Source of the DNA: a virus
Lineage: Duplodnaviria > Caudoviricetes
DNA: 64,000 nt
Reading direction: 5' to 3' (one strand)
Virus record (IMG/VR): IMGVR_UViG_3300010429_000981
Location: 13,722-77,721 of that record
The notes below the pieces were generated by a model. The model was not told where the DNA came from. It did no database searches and saw only the letters and a program-made list of their open reading frames with translations. The translations under genes were made by a program, and so were the position numbers. The stretch's first letter is position 1; every line of letters starts with the position of its first letter. Positions 34,379-43,559 of this stretch are shown piece after piece.

Positions 34379-35754
34379 GTGCTCCTAGATTTGCGGGTGA
34401 TGTTGATGTCAATAAAGTAGCCATAGTAGGAGCATCTGGTTATTTTGATATTACTAAAATTACTATTGGTATTGATGTCTATGAGAATATCTTCTTTCCA
34501 TTTGTTCGTGGAATAATTACTATTAATGATGCACAAGATACCCTGAATCTTATTAATTTTAAGGAAAGAGAATATCTGGAATTAGATTTTAATACACCGG
34601 ATAAAAAAGGATATAAATCAACTTATTACATTTATAAAGTATCTGATAGAGTTAAGAGTACTGATAAGAGTGTCATTTACAGAATATATTTCACTCATAT
34701 TAGTGCCATTAGTGAATTAGTTAGTAAAATATCACAAAATTTCAATGATAAACATCATATCATTGCCGAAAAAATTATAAAAGCTGCTGCTCCTAGAGGA
34801 TTAGAATATTCTGATAAAATAGAAGTAGAAGAATCAGTAAAAAATATTCAATTTGTGGCGGGTAATTGGACACCTACTCAAACCATTTATTATCTAACTA
34901 AATATGCAGTTAATGCAAAAAATAATCCTGCTTATTTATTTTATCAGAATAATGAGGGTTATCACTTTAAGTCATTTGATAAGTTAATAGAACAAGAACC
35001 TAAAGAAAAATATAAGTATGATAATTACGATCATGCTCCTGAAAATAGTTGTGCATTAAAGAATTTTGATGAACATTATAAAAGAATATTGACTATTAAT
35101 TTTCCGCAATTATTTAATTTTAGTTATGAATCAATGATGGGTGTTTTTTCAGCATTATCTATGCATTATGATAATGTAAAGAAACAATACGTTGCTACTA
35201 AAATTGATGATAATTGGAATAAAGTAGATCATTTGAATCCTGAGCAAAAGATAGTAGAAGTTCCTAAGAAAAATGAACATGCTAGTCATCAAACTCATGG
35301 TCAAATTGAATATGGTTTTAATGATCAAGAAGATAATACTAATATACCTACTAAACAAGAAAGAGAAGCCATATTTGCTAGATACGCAAGATCAAAAATT
35401 TCTATGTCAGTATTTGGTAATAGTGAATTATATGCAGGTAATGTAGTAGAATTAGAAGTAATTAAACATAAACCTTTAGATGAAAGTACCGGAACTAGCG
35501 AGGGAATGATTGATAAAACTTATTCTGGTAAATATATCATTAGTTCTATAGGTCATCATATAGATAAAGAAAATTATGAAACACACCTAGAATTAATAAG
35601 AGATTCTTTTCTGGACAATGAAGAAGAGAAAAAAGAAGAAAAGAAAGACGATACTAAAAAAGAAAAACCGACTGATGATAGAAATTTTAGCGATAGATTA
35701 GACGAAAACGAAAGAAAAGCACGCGATGATGCTATTAACAGAGCATTATCTTAA
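34375..35754 (+). CDS. baseplate hub protein (gp27-like)
   Basis: Lies between 53 and 5; YENIF.PFV.G...I.D, FYQN..GYHF.S, SGKYIISSI.H, T.LELIRDS; charged C-tail. Confidence 0.6.
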   Translation: MSAPRFAGDVDVNKVAIVGASGYFDITKITIGIDVYENIFFPFVRGIITINDAQDTLNLINFKEREYLELDFNTPDKKGYKSTYYIYKVSDRVKSTDKSVIYRIYFTHISAISELVSKISQNFNDKHHIIAEKIIKAAAPRGLEYSDKIEVEESVKNIQFVAGNWTPTQTIYYLTKYAVNAKNNPAYLFYQNNEGYHFKSFDKLIEQEPKEKYKYDNYDHAPENSCALKNFDEHYKRILTINFPQLFNFSYESMMGVFSALSMHYDNVKKQYVATKIDDNWNKVDHLNPEQKIVEVPKKNEHASHQTHGQIEYGFNDQEDNTNIPTKQEREAIFARYARSKISMSVFGNSELYAGNVVELEVIKHKPLDESTGTSEGMIDKTYSGKYIISSIGHHIDKENYETHLELIRDSFLDNEEEKKEEKKDDTKKEKPTDDRNFSDRLDENERKARDDAINRALS

Positions 35755-35776
35755 TGATTTTAATAGGTAAATAATA

Positions 35777-36877
35777 ATGAAAAGAATAAAAGTGGCTGTT
35801 GTAGAAGATAGAAATGATCCGTTAGAATTAGGGCGGGTTAGGGTTCGTGTTGTTGGTATTCATGATTCTGATACAAATTATTTACCAACGGAAGATTTAC
35901 CCTGGGCATGTCCTGTTGGGGGGTGTACTTCTGCCGGTATATCGGGTGTCGGCGCTACTCAAACTGGATTGGTAGAAGGATCATCAGTATTAGTAACAGA
36001 TAATGATTTAGACGAACAACAATATTTTATTTTAGGAAGTATTGCGGGAAGACCTGTTAAAGAAGCCGAAAAAGATTCCGCTGTTGGATTTCAAGACATT
36101 AAAACAGGAACTTTTCCGTATAAACCATACCTTGAAGAATCAGATTTAGATAGAAATTTAACTGGTATTAAAATTGAAGAAACCAGTGTAATAGATAAAA
36201 GGGTGTCTACTGCACTAGATATAGAAATGCCAAATTTCCAAAAATGGTCCCAGCCAGAAAATGCCTATAATACCAAATACCCCTATAGTCTAGCATTTAA
36301 GTCAGAAAGTGGCCACTTATTAGAATTAGATGATACCTATGAATCTGAACGATTAAATATTCTACATAAAACAGGAACTTATTCGGAAGTAAATCCTGAT
36401 GGTTCACAAACTAATAGAATTCGTGGTGATAAAGTAGAAATTATTGAAAAAAGCGGTATGGTTTATATTAAAGGTGCTGGTTCTATTACTATTGATGGCA
36501 ACGCTTATGTTAAAGTGAATAATGCTTTTACAGTAGAGGTAAGTGGTCCTACAATAGTAAATATCATGAATGATGCTACTCTAAATGTCTCTGGATCATT
36601 AAATTTATCAGTAGTAGATTCATTAAACATTCAAGCATCGGCTATAAATATGGAATCTTATTTTGGTGATATTTCTATTAAATCTGCTGGTGATATATAT
36701 AATAAATCAGGTAAAAATATTCATGTTACAACGGCTAATCATATGAATATTGATACCGGAAATCTATTAAATCTTAATTGTGGATTAGCAATGGAACCAA
36801 AAATGAATGCATTACAAGTTCCTCCATCCAGAAGATACCCAAATTCCCCTGAAGTTGGTGCTAGTGGAATTGTTTAA
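35777..36877 (+). CDS. 5: baseplate spike gp5 (OB-fold plus beta-helix, no lysozyme domain)
   Basis: VVEDRNDP..LGRVRVRV.G.H, DLPWA, YPY....SESGH..E.DDT...ER....H..GTY.E..PDG. Confidence 0.88.
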   Translation: MKRIKVAVVEDRNDPLELGRVRVRVVGIHDSDTNYLPTEDLPWACPVGGCTSAGISGVGATQTGLVEGSSVLVTDNDLDEQQYFILGSIAGRPVKEAEKDSAVGFQDIKTGTFPYKPYLEESDLDRNLTGIKIEETSVIDKRVSTALDIEMPNFQKWSQPENAYNTKYPYSLAFKSESGHLLELDDTYESERLNILHKTGTYSEVNPDGSQTNRIRGDKVEIIEKSGMVYIKGAGSITIDGNAYVKVNNAFTVEVSGPTIVNIMNDATLNVSGSLNLSVVDSLNIQASAINMESYFGDISIKSAGDIYNKSGKNIHVTTANHMNIDTGNLLNLNCGLAMEPKMNALQVPPSRRYPNSPEVGASGIV

Positions 36878-36894
36878 TAAAGGAAAATTATAAT

Positions 36895-37830
36895 ATGCTA
36901 ATACCCAGAAGAATAGTTGCTAAATTATGTCCAGAAGAATTAGAATTTTTTGAGGGAGATATTGGTTCTACTCAAAAAATATGTGCTTGTGCTTCTGAAT
37001 TAGATTATGTAGCAGAAATTACCGATATTAGATTTATTGCGAATGACGATGGTCCTGTTCCTGATTATATTAAAGATAATATTACTGTAGAATATCTGGG
37101 TAGAATCGCATTAATCACCAGTAATGTGGCTAATACCGTAGAAAACCCTATCTATAATTATGAAGTGGAAATATTTTATGAAACTCCCCTGATACAAACT
37201 CAAGAAGCCGTTAATAAAGTAATGGCCGAACATCAAGAAAAACTTAAAAATGATGAGGGAATTAAAAAGATTGAGGAAGTATTAGCAAAATTAGAGAAAC
37301 AATTTCCAAGTGCTGCTAATAGACCTACTCCTGCCCCTACTGTAATAAAAAATATTAATAATCCATTAGTAGTAGGAGAAGAAATTTCTAGTATAAGAAT
37401 ACAAAAAATTAAACTTGATTTTACTAAGGCTCTTTCTATTATTAAAGATACAGTGCATAATTACTTTAGACCAGATTTTACTAATGCTAATAATAGTCAA
37501 GTAAAGGTATATGTTAATAGAGAATTTAATAAAATTAAGACGTTATATAATAATGATATTAAAGTAGAATTAGTAGATAGTGTTTTAGTAGATACCACAA
37601 GAATAATTGATGTAATTGATACTAATATAAATAATAGTATAAAAGATACTTCTAGTAATAATTTTAGCGAAGGAGAAAAATATATCATTAAAACTAATTT
37701 AATTGAATTAAATAATGTATTAACTAATGTTTACAGTGCCTATATTAAAGAATATGATAATGGTATATTAGAGAAAACTATGAATGATATTGATGCAATT
37801 AACAATAGTATAGTAGATAGGTGTAATTAA
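36895..37830 (+). CDS. hypothetical structural-module protein
   Basis: 311 aa with central coiled coil; no recognised motif. Confidence 0.6.
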   Translation: MLIPRRIVAKLCPEELEFFEGDIGSTQKICACASELDYVAEITDIRFIANDDGPVPDYIKDNITVEYLGRIALITSNVANTVENPIYNYEVEIFYETPLIQTQEAVNKVMAEHQEKLKNDEGIKKIEEVLAKLEKQFPSAANRPTPAPTVIKNINNPLVVGEEISSIRIQKIKLDFTKALSIIKDTVHNYFRPDFTNANNSQVKVYVNREFNKIKTLYNNDIKVELVDSVLVDTTRIIDVIDTNINNSIKDTSSNNFSEGEKYIIKTNLIELNNVLTNVYSAYIKEYDNGILEKTMNDIDAINNSIVDRCN

Positions 37831-37831
37831 T

Positions 37832-38428
37832 ATGGAAATGTTACCGTTACCATGTAGTATTAGTGATATTCTAGGTGGATTATTAGGTGATATTCAGGGT
37901 ATTATTGATGGTGTATTGGGGACTATTAATAATATGATTAACACTGTTTCTAATTTCATTGGTAATATTGGTAATATGATTAATAACATTTTATCAATGC
38001 CCTCAAGATTATTAGCAGGTATTCAGGCAGGATTAGATAATTTATTTAAGAAAGCCAAGGATATTATTATTCAGCAAATTAATTGTGTTAGTAATTTAGT
38101 ATCCAGTTTTATTGGTGCTCCTGCTGCATTGGCTCAGGGTATTGAAATGAATGTAGACAGTTTATGGAGTTCTGTTACGGGTATTGGTGATAAAGTAGCA
38201 GATTTGGCCTATGGTGCTAATGCTATTGGTAAAACATTATTAGAACAAGCAGATAATATGCAAGTAGCCTTAAATAAAGTATTTGAGGGAACTATTGTTT
38301 CAGTAGCCTCAGCATTTGATAGTACAATTGGCGCTAATGTTAAATCTATCACTGGAATAGTTAATTCTGGTATTGGAACTATTGCTAAGATAGGAATTGC
38401 TAAAGCAGTAATAGGTGCTATTGTATAA
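37832..38428 (+). CDS. amphipathic-helix-rich hypothetical protein
   Basis: 198 aa of I/L/G/N periodic helices (DILGGLLGDIQGIIDGVLGTINNMIN...). Confidence 0.6.
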   Translation: MEMLPLPCSISDILGGLLGDIQGIIDGVLGTINNMINTVSNFIGNIGNMINNILSMPSRLLAGIQAGLDNLFKKAKDIIIQQINCVSNLVSSFIGAPAALAQGIEMNVDSLWSSVTGIGDKVADLAYGANAIGKTLLEQADNMQVALNKVFEGTIVSVASAFDSTIGANVKSITGIVNSGIGTIAKIGIAKAVIGAIV

Positions 38429-38429
38429 A

Positions 38430-38675
38430 ATGGATAAACCTCACGCATTAGTTCAGAAAATTATTTACGAAGAAGATAAAGTTTATACTATCATGGTAAA
38501 AATAGAATTAAAAAAGATGGTAGTTACTTATGATACCGGTATTACCTTTACTACCGAAGATACTGTAGAAGTTCCATTACGAATAAAAATTAAAAAGAAT
38601 GATACTACAATGGATGCTTTAATAGAAGAATCAATTGCTTTTAATGAGGATAGAACATGGCAGCACGAATCTTAA
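38430..38675 (+). CDS. hypothetical protein
   Basis: ATG 38430 directly after the previous stop. Confidence 0.5.
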   Translation: MDKPHALVQKIIYEEDKVYTIMVKIELKKMVVTYDTGITFTTEDTVEVPLRIKIKKNDTTMDALIEESIAFNEDRTWQHES

Positions 38676-38902
38676 ATGATACACCACATACAAAAACAAA
38701 CAATCGTTCCTCTGCTAAATTATTTGATTATGTTACATGTGGTGGTGTAATTATAGAAGGATCTGAGAATGTTATTATAGAAACTTTACCTGCTGCTCGT
38801 TTTGGTCATAGAGTATCTTGTAAAAGCAGAATTATAGAGGGGTCTAATAATACCTTTATAAATAATAAAGCAGCAGCAAGATATGGAGATAAAGTAGGAT
38901 AG
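38657..38902 (+). CDS. PAAR-repeat spike tip protein (gp5.4-like)
   Basis: I.EGS.NV.I...PAARFG and I.EGSNN.FIN.KAAARYGD repeats; upstream of gene 25. Confidence 0.8.
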   Translation: MAARILNDTPHTKTNNRSSAKLFDYVTCGGVIIEGSENVIIETLPAARFGHRVSCKSRIIEGSNNTFINNKAAARYGDKVG

Positions 38903-38905
38903 CAT

Positions 38906-39307
38906 ATGTCATTAATTACCGGTACTACCAGAACATTTTCTGATTTAGATTTAAGTTTTACTCCTAATCCAGTAACCGGTGATATATTCAAAAAATATAA
39001 TGAAAATGCGATTAAGTCATCTATTAAAAATTTAGTAATGATTAATCACTATGAAAAACATTTTCATCCAGAAATAGGTTCAGAAGCAAGAAGTTTACTA
39101 TTTGAACTTCCTGATCCTCAAGTAGATATTATGCTAAGTAGAACAATTAGTATGGTCATTACTACTCATGAACCCAGAGTAGATTTAGTGAAAGTAATTG
39201 TTAAAAACATTCCTAATGATAATGCTATGGGTGTGGTAATCATATTCAAAGTAAAAAACACTTCTATTCCGATTGTATTGGATTTCATTTTAGCAAGAGA
39301 ACGATAA
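38906..39307 (+). CDS. 25: baseplate wedge protein gp25
   Basis: FSDLDLSF..NP.TGD, AIK.SIKNLV.....E..F.P.IGS, EPRV. Confidence 0.9.
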   Translation: MSLITGTTRTFSDLDLSFTPNPVTGDIFKKYNENAIKSSIKNLVMINHYEKHFHPEIGSEARSLLFELPDPQVDIMLSRTISMVITTHEPRVDLVKVIVKNIPNDNAMGVVIIFKVKNTSIPIVLDFILARER

Positions 39308-39311
39308 GTCT

Positions 39312-41132
39312 ATGAATAATAAAAACATAATTACTTCAGAACTTGATTTTGATTTAATTAAAGAAAATCTTAAAACTTATCTAAAAGGTCAGAGTGAATT
39401 TTCTGATTACAATTTTGAGGGATCAGGATTATCTATTTTATTAGATATTTTATCCTATAACACTCATTATAATGCTCTCTATACCAATTTAGCCATTAAT
39501 GAATCGTTTTTAGATTCTGCCTCGAAAAGAACCAGTGTAGTATCATTAGCAAAATTATTAGGCTATACACCTAATTCTGCTACTTGCGCTACTGCTAAAA
39601 TTGCTTTATCAGTTAATGCCAATAATGTTGTTAATCCTCCTAGTATTTTAGCATTACCAAAATATTCTACTTTTACTACTAGCATTGATAATACCACGTA
39701 TACATTTTATACCACTGAAGAACATAATAGTTACTTATCTAATACTAATCTCTATACATTTACTGATGTAACTCTTAAAGAAGGTGTATTATTACCTTAT
39801 CGTTATGTTTATCAAGAAGGTGTTAAATACATTATTCCTAATCCTAATGTAGATTTATCAACATTATCGGTAAGAGTAAGAGAAAGTGAGGAAACAGAAG
39901 TTTATACTGAATATAGTTTAGTAGATAATATCATATACCTTAATAGTAATAGTAAAGTTTATTTTATTAAAGAAATTGATAATAATCTTTATGAAATTCA
40001 ATTTGGTAATGGTGTAATAGGTTCTGAATTATCTACTGGTAACATTATTGAATTAGAATATATTGCTACTCATAAAACAGTTCCTAACGGTGCCAAAAGT
40101 TTTAGTTATAATGGTTCTAGTTTATTAGGTGTTACCCCGATAATTTACACCCAAGTTACTGCCTCTGGTGGTAATGAACCCGAAGATATTGATAAAATTC
40201 GTTTTAATGCTCCTAGACTTTATAGTGCTCAAAATAGATGTGTTACTAAACATGATTATGAATCTGTCATTTTAACACATTTTCCTCAGGCAAAATCTAT
40301 TAATGTTTGGGGAGGAGAAGAACATTTTCCCCCGTCCTATGGTGATGTTTTTATTAGCATTTTACCTACTACAGGAAGTTATTTATCAGAGGAACAAAAA
40401 GATTATTTATTAGGTGAGATATTAGCACCCAGAAAATCATTAACGGTTCATAATAAATTAGTAGAGCCTAATTTCATAGATGTAAAAATTAATACTTCTT
40501 ATTATTATGATTCAGAATTAACTAATCTTACACAAAAAGATATTACAGGATTAGTAAGAGATAGTATTAGAAATTATTCTTATAATGAATTAGAATACTT
40601 TGGTAGAAGATTAAAATATTCTAAATTATCTAATACTATTGATAATACTGATGCATCCATTACTAATAATATTACCACATTACAATTATACATTTATTTA
40701 ACACCGATTTATAATGTTGAATATGATTATATTGTTGATATTGGTAATCCTGTTTATAAAAATTTAGTAGATGCAGAATCGGTATTAAGTTCTGGATTTT
40801 ATATTCCTAATTTATCTAATGTAGTATATATTGATGACGTTCCTAATGCTACTGGTATTGGAACATTAAGATTATTCTATTATAAAGAAACAACCAAAGT
40901 AATTATCAAAAATATTGGTACTATTGATTATAATAATGGAGTTATATATTTAACCAATTTAGTCATTAGTAAATTATATTGTGATAATCTAAAATTTAGA
41001 ATTATTCCCAGTTCAAATGATGTAGTTTCATTAAGAAATCAAATAATTAGAATTCCTGATAGTTTAATATCTATTGAGGCGATTAAATTATCTAATTTCA
41101 ACAAATATAAATTCACTAATAGTAGAATCTAA
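39312..41132 (+). CDS. 6: baseplate wedge protein gp6
   Basis: ELDFD.IK.NL..YL..Q.EFSDY.FEGS, YNTHY, FG.G.IG, AQNRCVT..DY, WGGE. Confidence 0.93.
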   Translation: MNNKNIITSELDFDLIKENLKTYLKGQSEFSDYNFEGSGLSILLDILSYNTHYNALYTNLAINESFLDSASKRTSVVSLAKLLGYTPNSATCATAKIALSVNANNVVNPPSILALPKYSTFTTSIDNTTYTFYTTEEHNSYLSNTNLYTFTDVTLKEGVLLPYRYVYQEGVKYIIPNPNVDLSTLSVRVRESEETEVYTEYSLVDNIIYLNSNSKVYFIKEIDNNLYEIQFGNGVIGSELSTGNIIELEYIATHKTVPNGAKSFSYNGSSLLGVTPIIYTQVTASGGNEPEDIDKIRFNAPRLYSAQNRCVTKHDYESVILTHFPQAKSINVWGGEEHFPPSYGDVFISILPTTGSYLSEEQKDYLLGEILAPRKSLTVHNKLVEPNFIDVKINTSYYYDSELTNLTQKDITGLVRDSIRNYSYNELEYFGRRLKYSKLSNTIDNTDASITNNITTLQLYIYLTPIYNVEYDYIVDIGNPVYKNLVDAESVLSSGFYIPNLSNVVYIDDVPNATGIGTLRLFYYKETTKVIIKNIGTIDYNNGVIYLTNLVISKLYCDNLKFRIIPSSNDVVSLRNQIIRIPDSLISIEAIKLSNFNKYKFTNSRI

Positions 41133-43057
41133 TGAATTTATCTCCTATAGTAAGTAAACATATTCCAGAATTTGTAAATGATGATTATCCATTATTTGTT
41201 CAATTCCTAAAAACTTATTATAAATGGTTAGATAATACTCAAATAACATCTATTGAATCAGTAGTAGATATTGATAATACTCTTGATTCTTTTATTAAAT
41301 ATTTTAGAAATGAATTAGATGTTTATGGAATTAAATATCAACATATCGATGAAAGAATTTATCTTAAACATGTAAAGCAATTCTTTTTAGCCAAGGGTTC
41401 TGAAGCGGCTTATTGGTTTTTATTTAGAATACTATTTAACACTGAATCAGCAATTTTAAGACCCTGGGATTATGTATTCATTCCCTCTGCTGGTAAATGG
41501 CATCAAGATATTACCGTATTAGTTAATATCACTAAAGGAAACGGTAACAATTTTGTTCAGGATAAAGTAATTGTTATCGGCAATGATGGTAAAGAATATA
41601 CCGGTATTGTAAAAAATGTTATTCAAATAAGACCTACTATTTTTGAATTATATTTAGATCGTAAACTTACTGGTGATATTAGTCCCTATAATTTAGTAAA
41701 ATCTCCTGATAATAGTATTAGAGGTAGATTAGAACCAGTTATTAGTAAATTGGTCATAGAATCCCCTGGTAAGGATTTTAATATTGGTGAAGTGTATAAC
41801 ATTGATACTTATAATGGTTTTGGAACTAAAATCATTATTCAGGAAGTATTTGAGGATGGTGGAATAAAAAAAGCCGATCTAATTAGTTTTGGGTTGGGTT
41901 ATGATACTATATTTAATTATACATTATTTCCATTAATTAATGATGAAAGAATTTTACCAGAATATAATTTACAAATTACTAATACTTCTGGTGGTATACC
42001 TTCTTATCTTAATTATAAAACAGATGATAATATTAATGAATTAAATGAAAGTGGAGCAATAGCAAAGCATAATTATGGTATTACTCCTACAGAATATTTT
42101 GTTGATTTAACATATGTAGGTAAAAAACTAGGTGACTTAACTAATAGTACTAAATCTACAGATGATATATCTACTGCGGCATTAATTAAATTTTATATAG
42201 ATTATAGTTGTAAATACCCAGGATATTATTTAGATAAATATAATGTATTAGGGCAACATGTATATATACAAGATTCTTATTATTATCAAATTTATTCATA
42301 TGTTACTGCACTAGATAAGCCATTAAAATCTTATCGAACATTAGTAGAAAATGCGATTCACCCTATTGGCAATAAATTATTTGGTTCATATAATCCTACC
42401 AATAAATCTAATTTATCATTGTCAGTAGTTGATAATATAGAAATTATTAAACCTGATGATTTAATTATAGATTATGCTTTAATTACTGATAGTATTGCCC
42501 TTAATAGATTATATAATCTTAATAATGAATTAACAAATATATCAGATTATTATTTAACAATATTTAAGAGTGGAGCATCGGCACCTCTTGCAACATTACC
42601 AATTAATATTGTTAACATTAGTGATACTGTTAATAAGATTGATATAAACAAAGTATTTAATGATAGCATTACCATTAGTGAAAATTTCTATTATGATAGA
42701 TTATATAGCGATAATGCAACTATTACCGATAGTATTGTGTTTAATCGTTCTTATAAATTAAACGATGATAGTTTCACTGCTGTAGATAATGGATTTAGTA
42801 AAACACTTACACTAATTATTACTGATACTAATGTCGTTAATGTTTCTGATTATATACCTGAACCGTTTAGAGGTATATTAAGATACGAAAGTGATCAGGT
42901 AATATGCAGTGAATCTATTGAATTTACTATTAATAATGAGATTGCTAATAATATCATTATTAATACTTCGGGCGCTATTTATTATGGCGAATTATATGTG
43001 GATCAAACCCAACAATATTGGGATGCTTTGTATACAGAAAACGAATTAATTTTTTAA
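41132..43057 (+). CDS. baseplate wedge protein (gp7-like)
   Basis: IPEFV...YP.FV.FLK.YY.W, AKGS..A...LFR.LF, YYQ.YSY, HP.G.KLFG. Confidence 0.7.
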   Translation: MNLSPIVSKHIPEFVNDDYPLFVQFLKTYYKWLDNTQITSIESVVDIDNTLDSFIKYFRNELDVYGIKYQHIDERIYLKHVKQFFLAKGSEAAYWFLFRILFNTESAILRPWDYVFIPSAGKWHQDITVLVNITKGNGNNFVQDKVIVIGNDGKEYTGIVKNVIQIRPTIFELYLDRKLTGDISPYNLVKSPDNSIRGRLEPVISKLVIESPGKDFNIGEVYNIDTYNGFGTKIIIQEVFEDGGIKKADLISFGLGYDTIFNYTLFPLINDERILPEYNLQITNTSGGIPSYLNYKTDDNINELNESGAIAKHNYGITPTEYFVDLTYVGKKLGDLTNSTKSTDDISTAALIKFYIDYSCKYPGYYLDKYNVLGQHVYIQDSYYYQIYSYVTALDKPLKSYRTLVENAIHPIGNKLFGSYNPTNKSNLSLSVVDNIEIIKPDDLIIDYALITDSIALNRLYNLNNELTNISDYYLTIFKSGASAPLATLPINIVNISDTVNKIDINKVFNDSITISENFYYDRLYSDNATITDSIVFNRSYKLNDDSFTAVDNGFSKTLTLIITDTNVVNVSDYIPEPFRGILRYESDQVICSESIEFTINNEIANNIIINTSGAIYYGELYVDQTQQYWDALYTENELIF

Positions 43058-43071
43058 CAAATTAGGAGAAA

Positions 43072-43551
43072 ATGATGATTGATATTTCAAATTTGAAAAT
43101 TACTGGAAAAGTAAATATTAAATTATATGATGAATTTAATAACGTAAAGGATGAGAGATACGTAGATAATACGATTGTAACAACTGGTTTATTATATATT
43201 GCAGAAAGAATTGGTGGAAAAGATAATACTGGCGCCGCAATGGAAGCCGTTATGTCCCACATGGGGCTAGGAACCGGTTCCGCAGCGGTACTTCCCGCTC
43301 AAACGGCGCTTATTACTTCGTTGGGTAATGCAGTAGCCCTATCTAGCACAACTGTTGCTGCTGCTCCTGCTTCTGCAATTACATATGTCGCCACTTTTGG
43401 GCCTGGTGTTTTTACGAATTCTGCTATTGTTGAAGCCGGAATTTTTAATGCCGCTACTTCCGGTGTTATGCTATGTAGAACAGTATTTTCAGCAATTAAT
43501 AAACAAGCAGCAGATACCTTATCAATCTCCTGGACTGTTTCAGTTGCTTAA
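43072..43551 (+). CDS. virion structural protein (tail/baseplate-associated)
   Basis: N.IV..G, MGLGTG, EAGIFNA...G.ML.R.VF..INK...DTL.I.W.V motif family. Confidence 0.65.
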   Translation: MMIDISNLKITGKVNIKLYDEFNNVKDERYVDNTIVTTGLLYIAERIGGKDNTGAAMEAVMSHMGLGTGSAAVLPAQTALITSLGNAVALSSTTVAAAPASAITYVATFGPGVFTNSAIVEAGIFNAATSGVMLCRTVFSAINKQAADTLSISWTVSVA

Positions 43552-43559
43552 TTATAATT

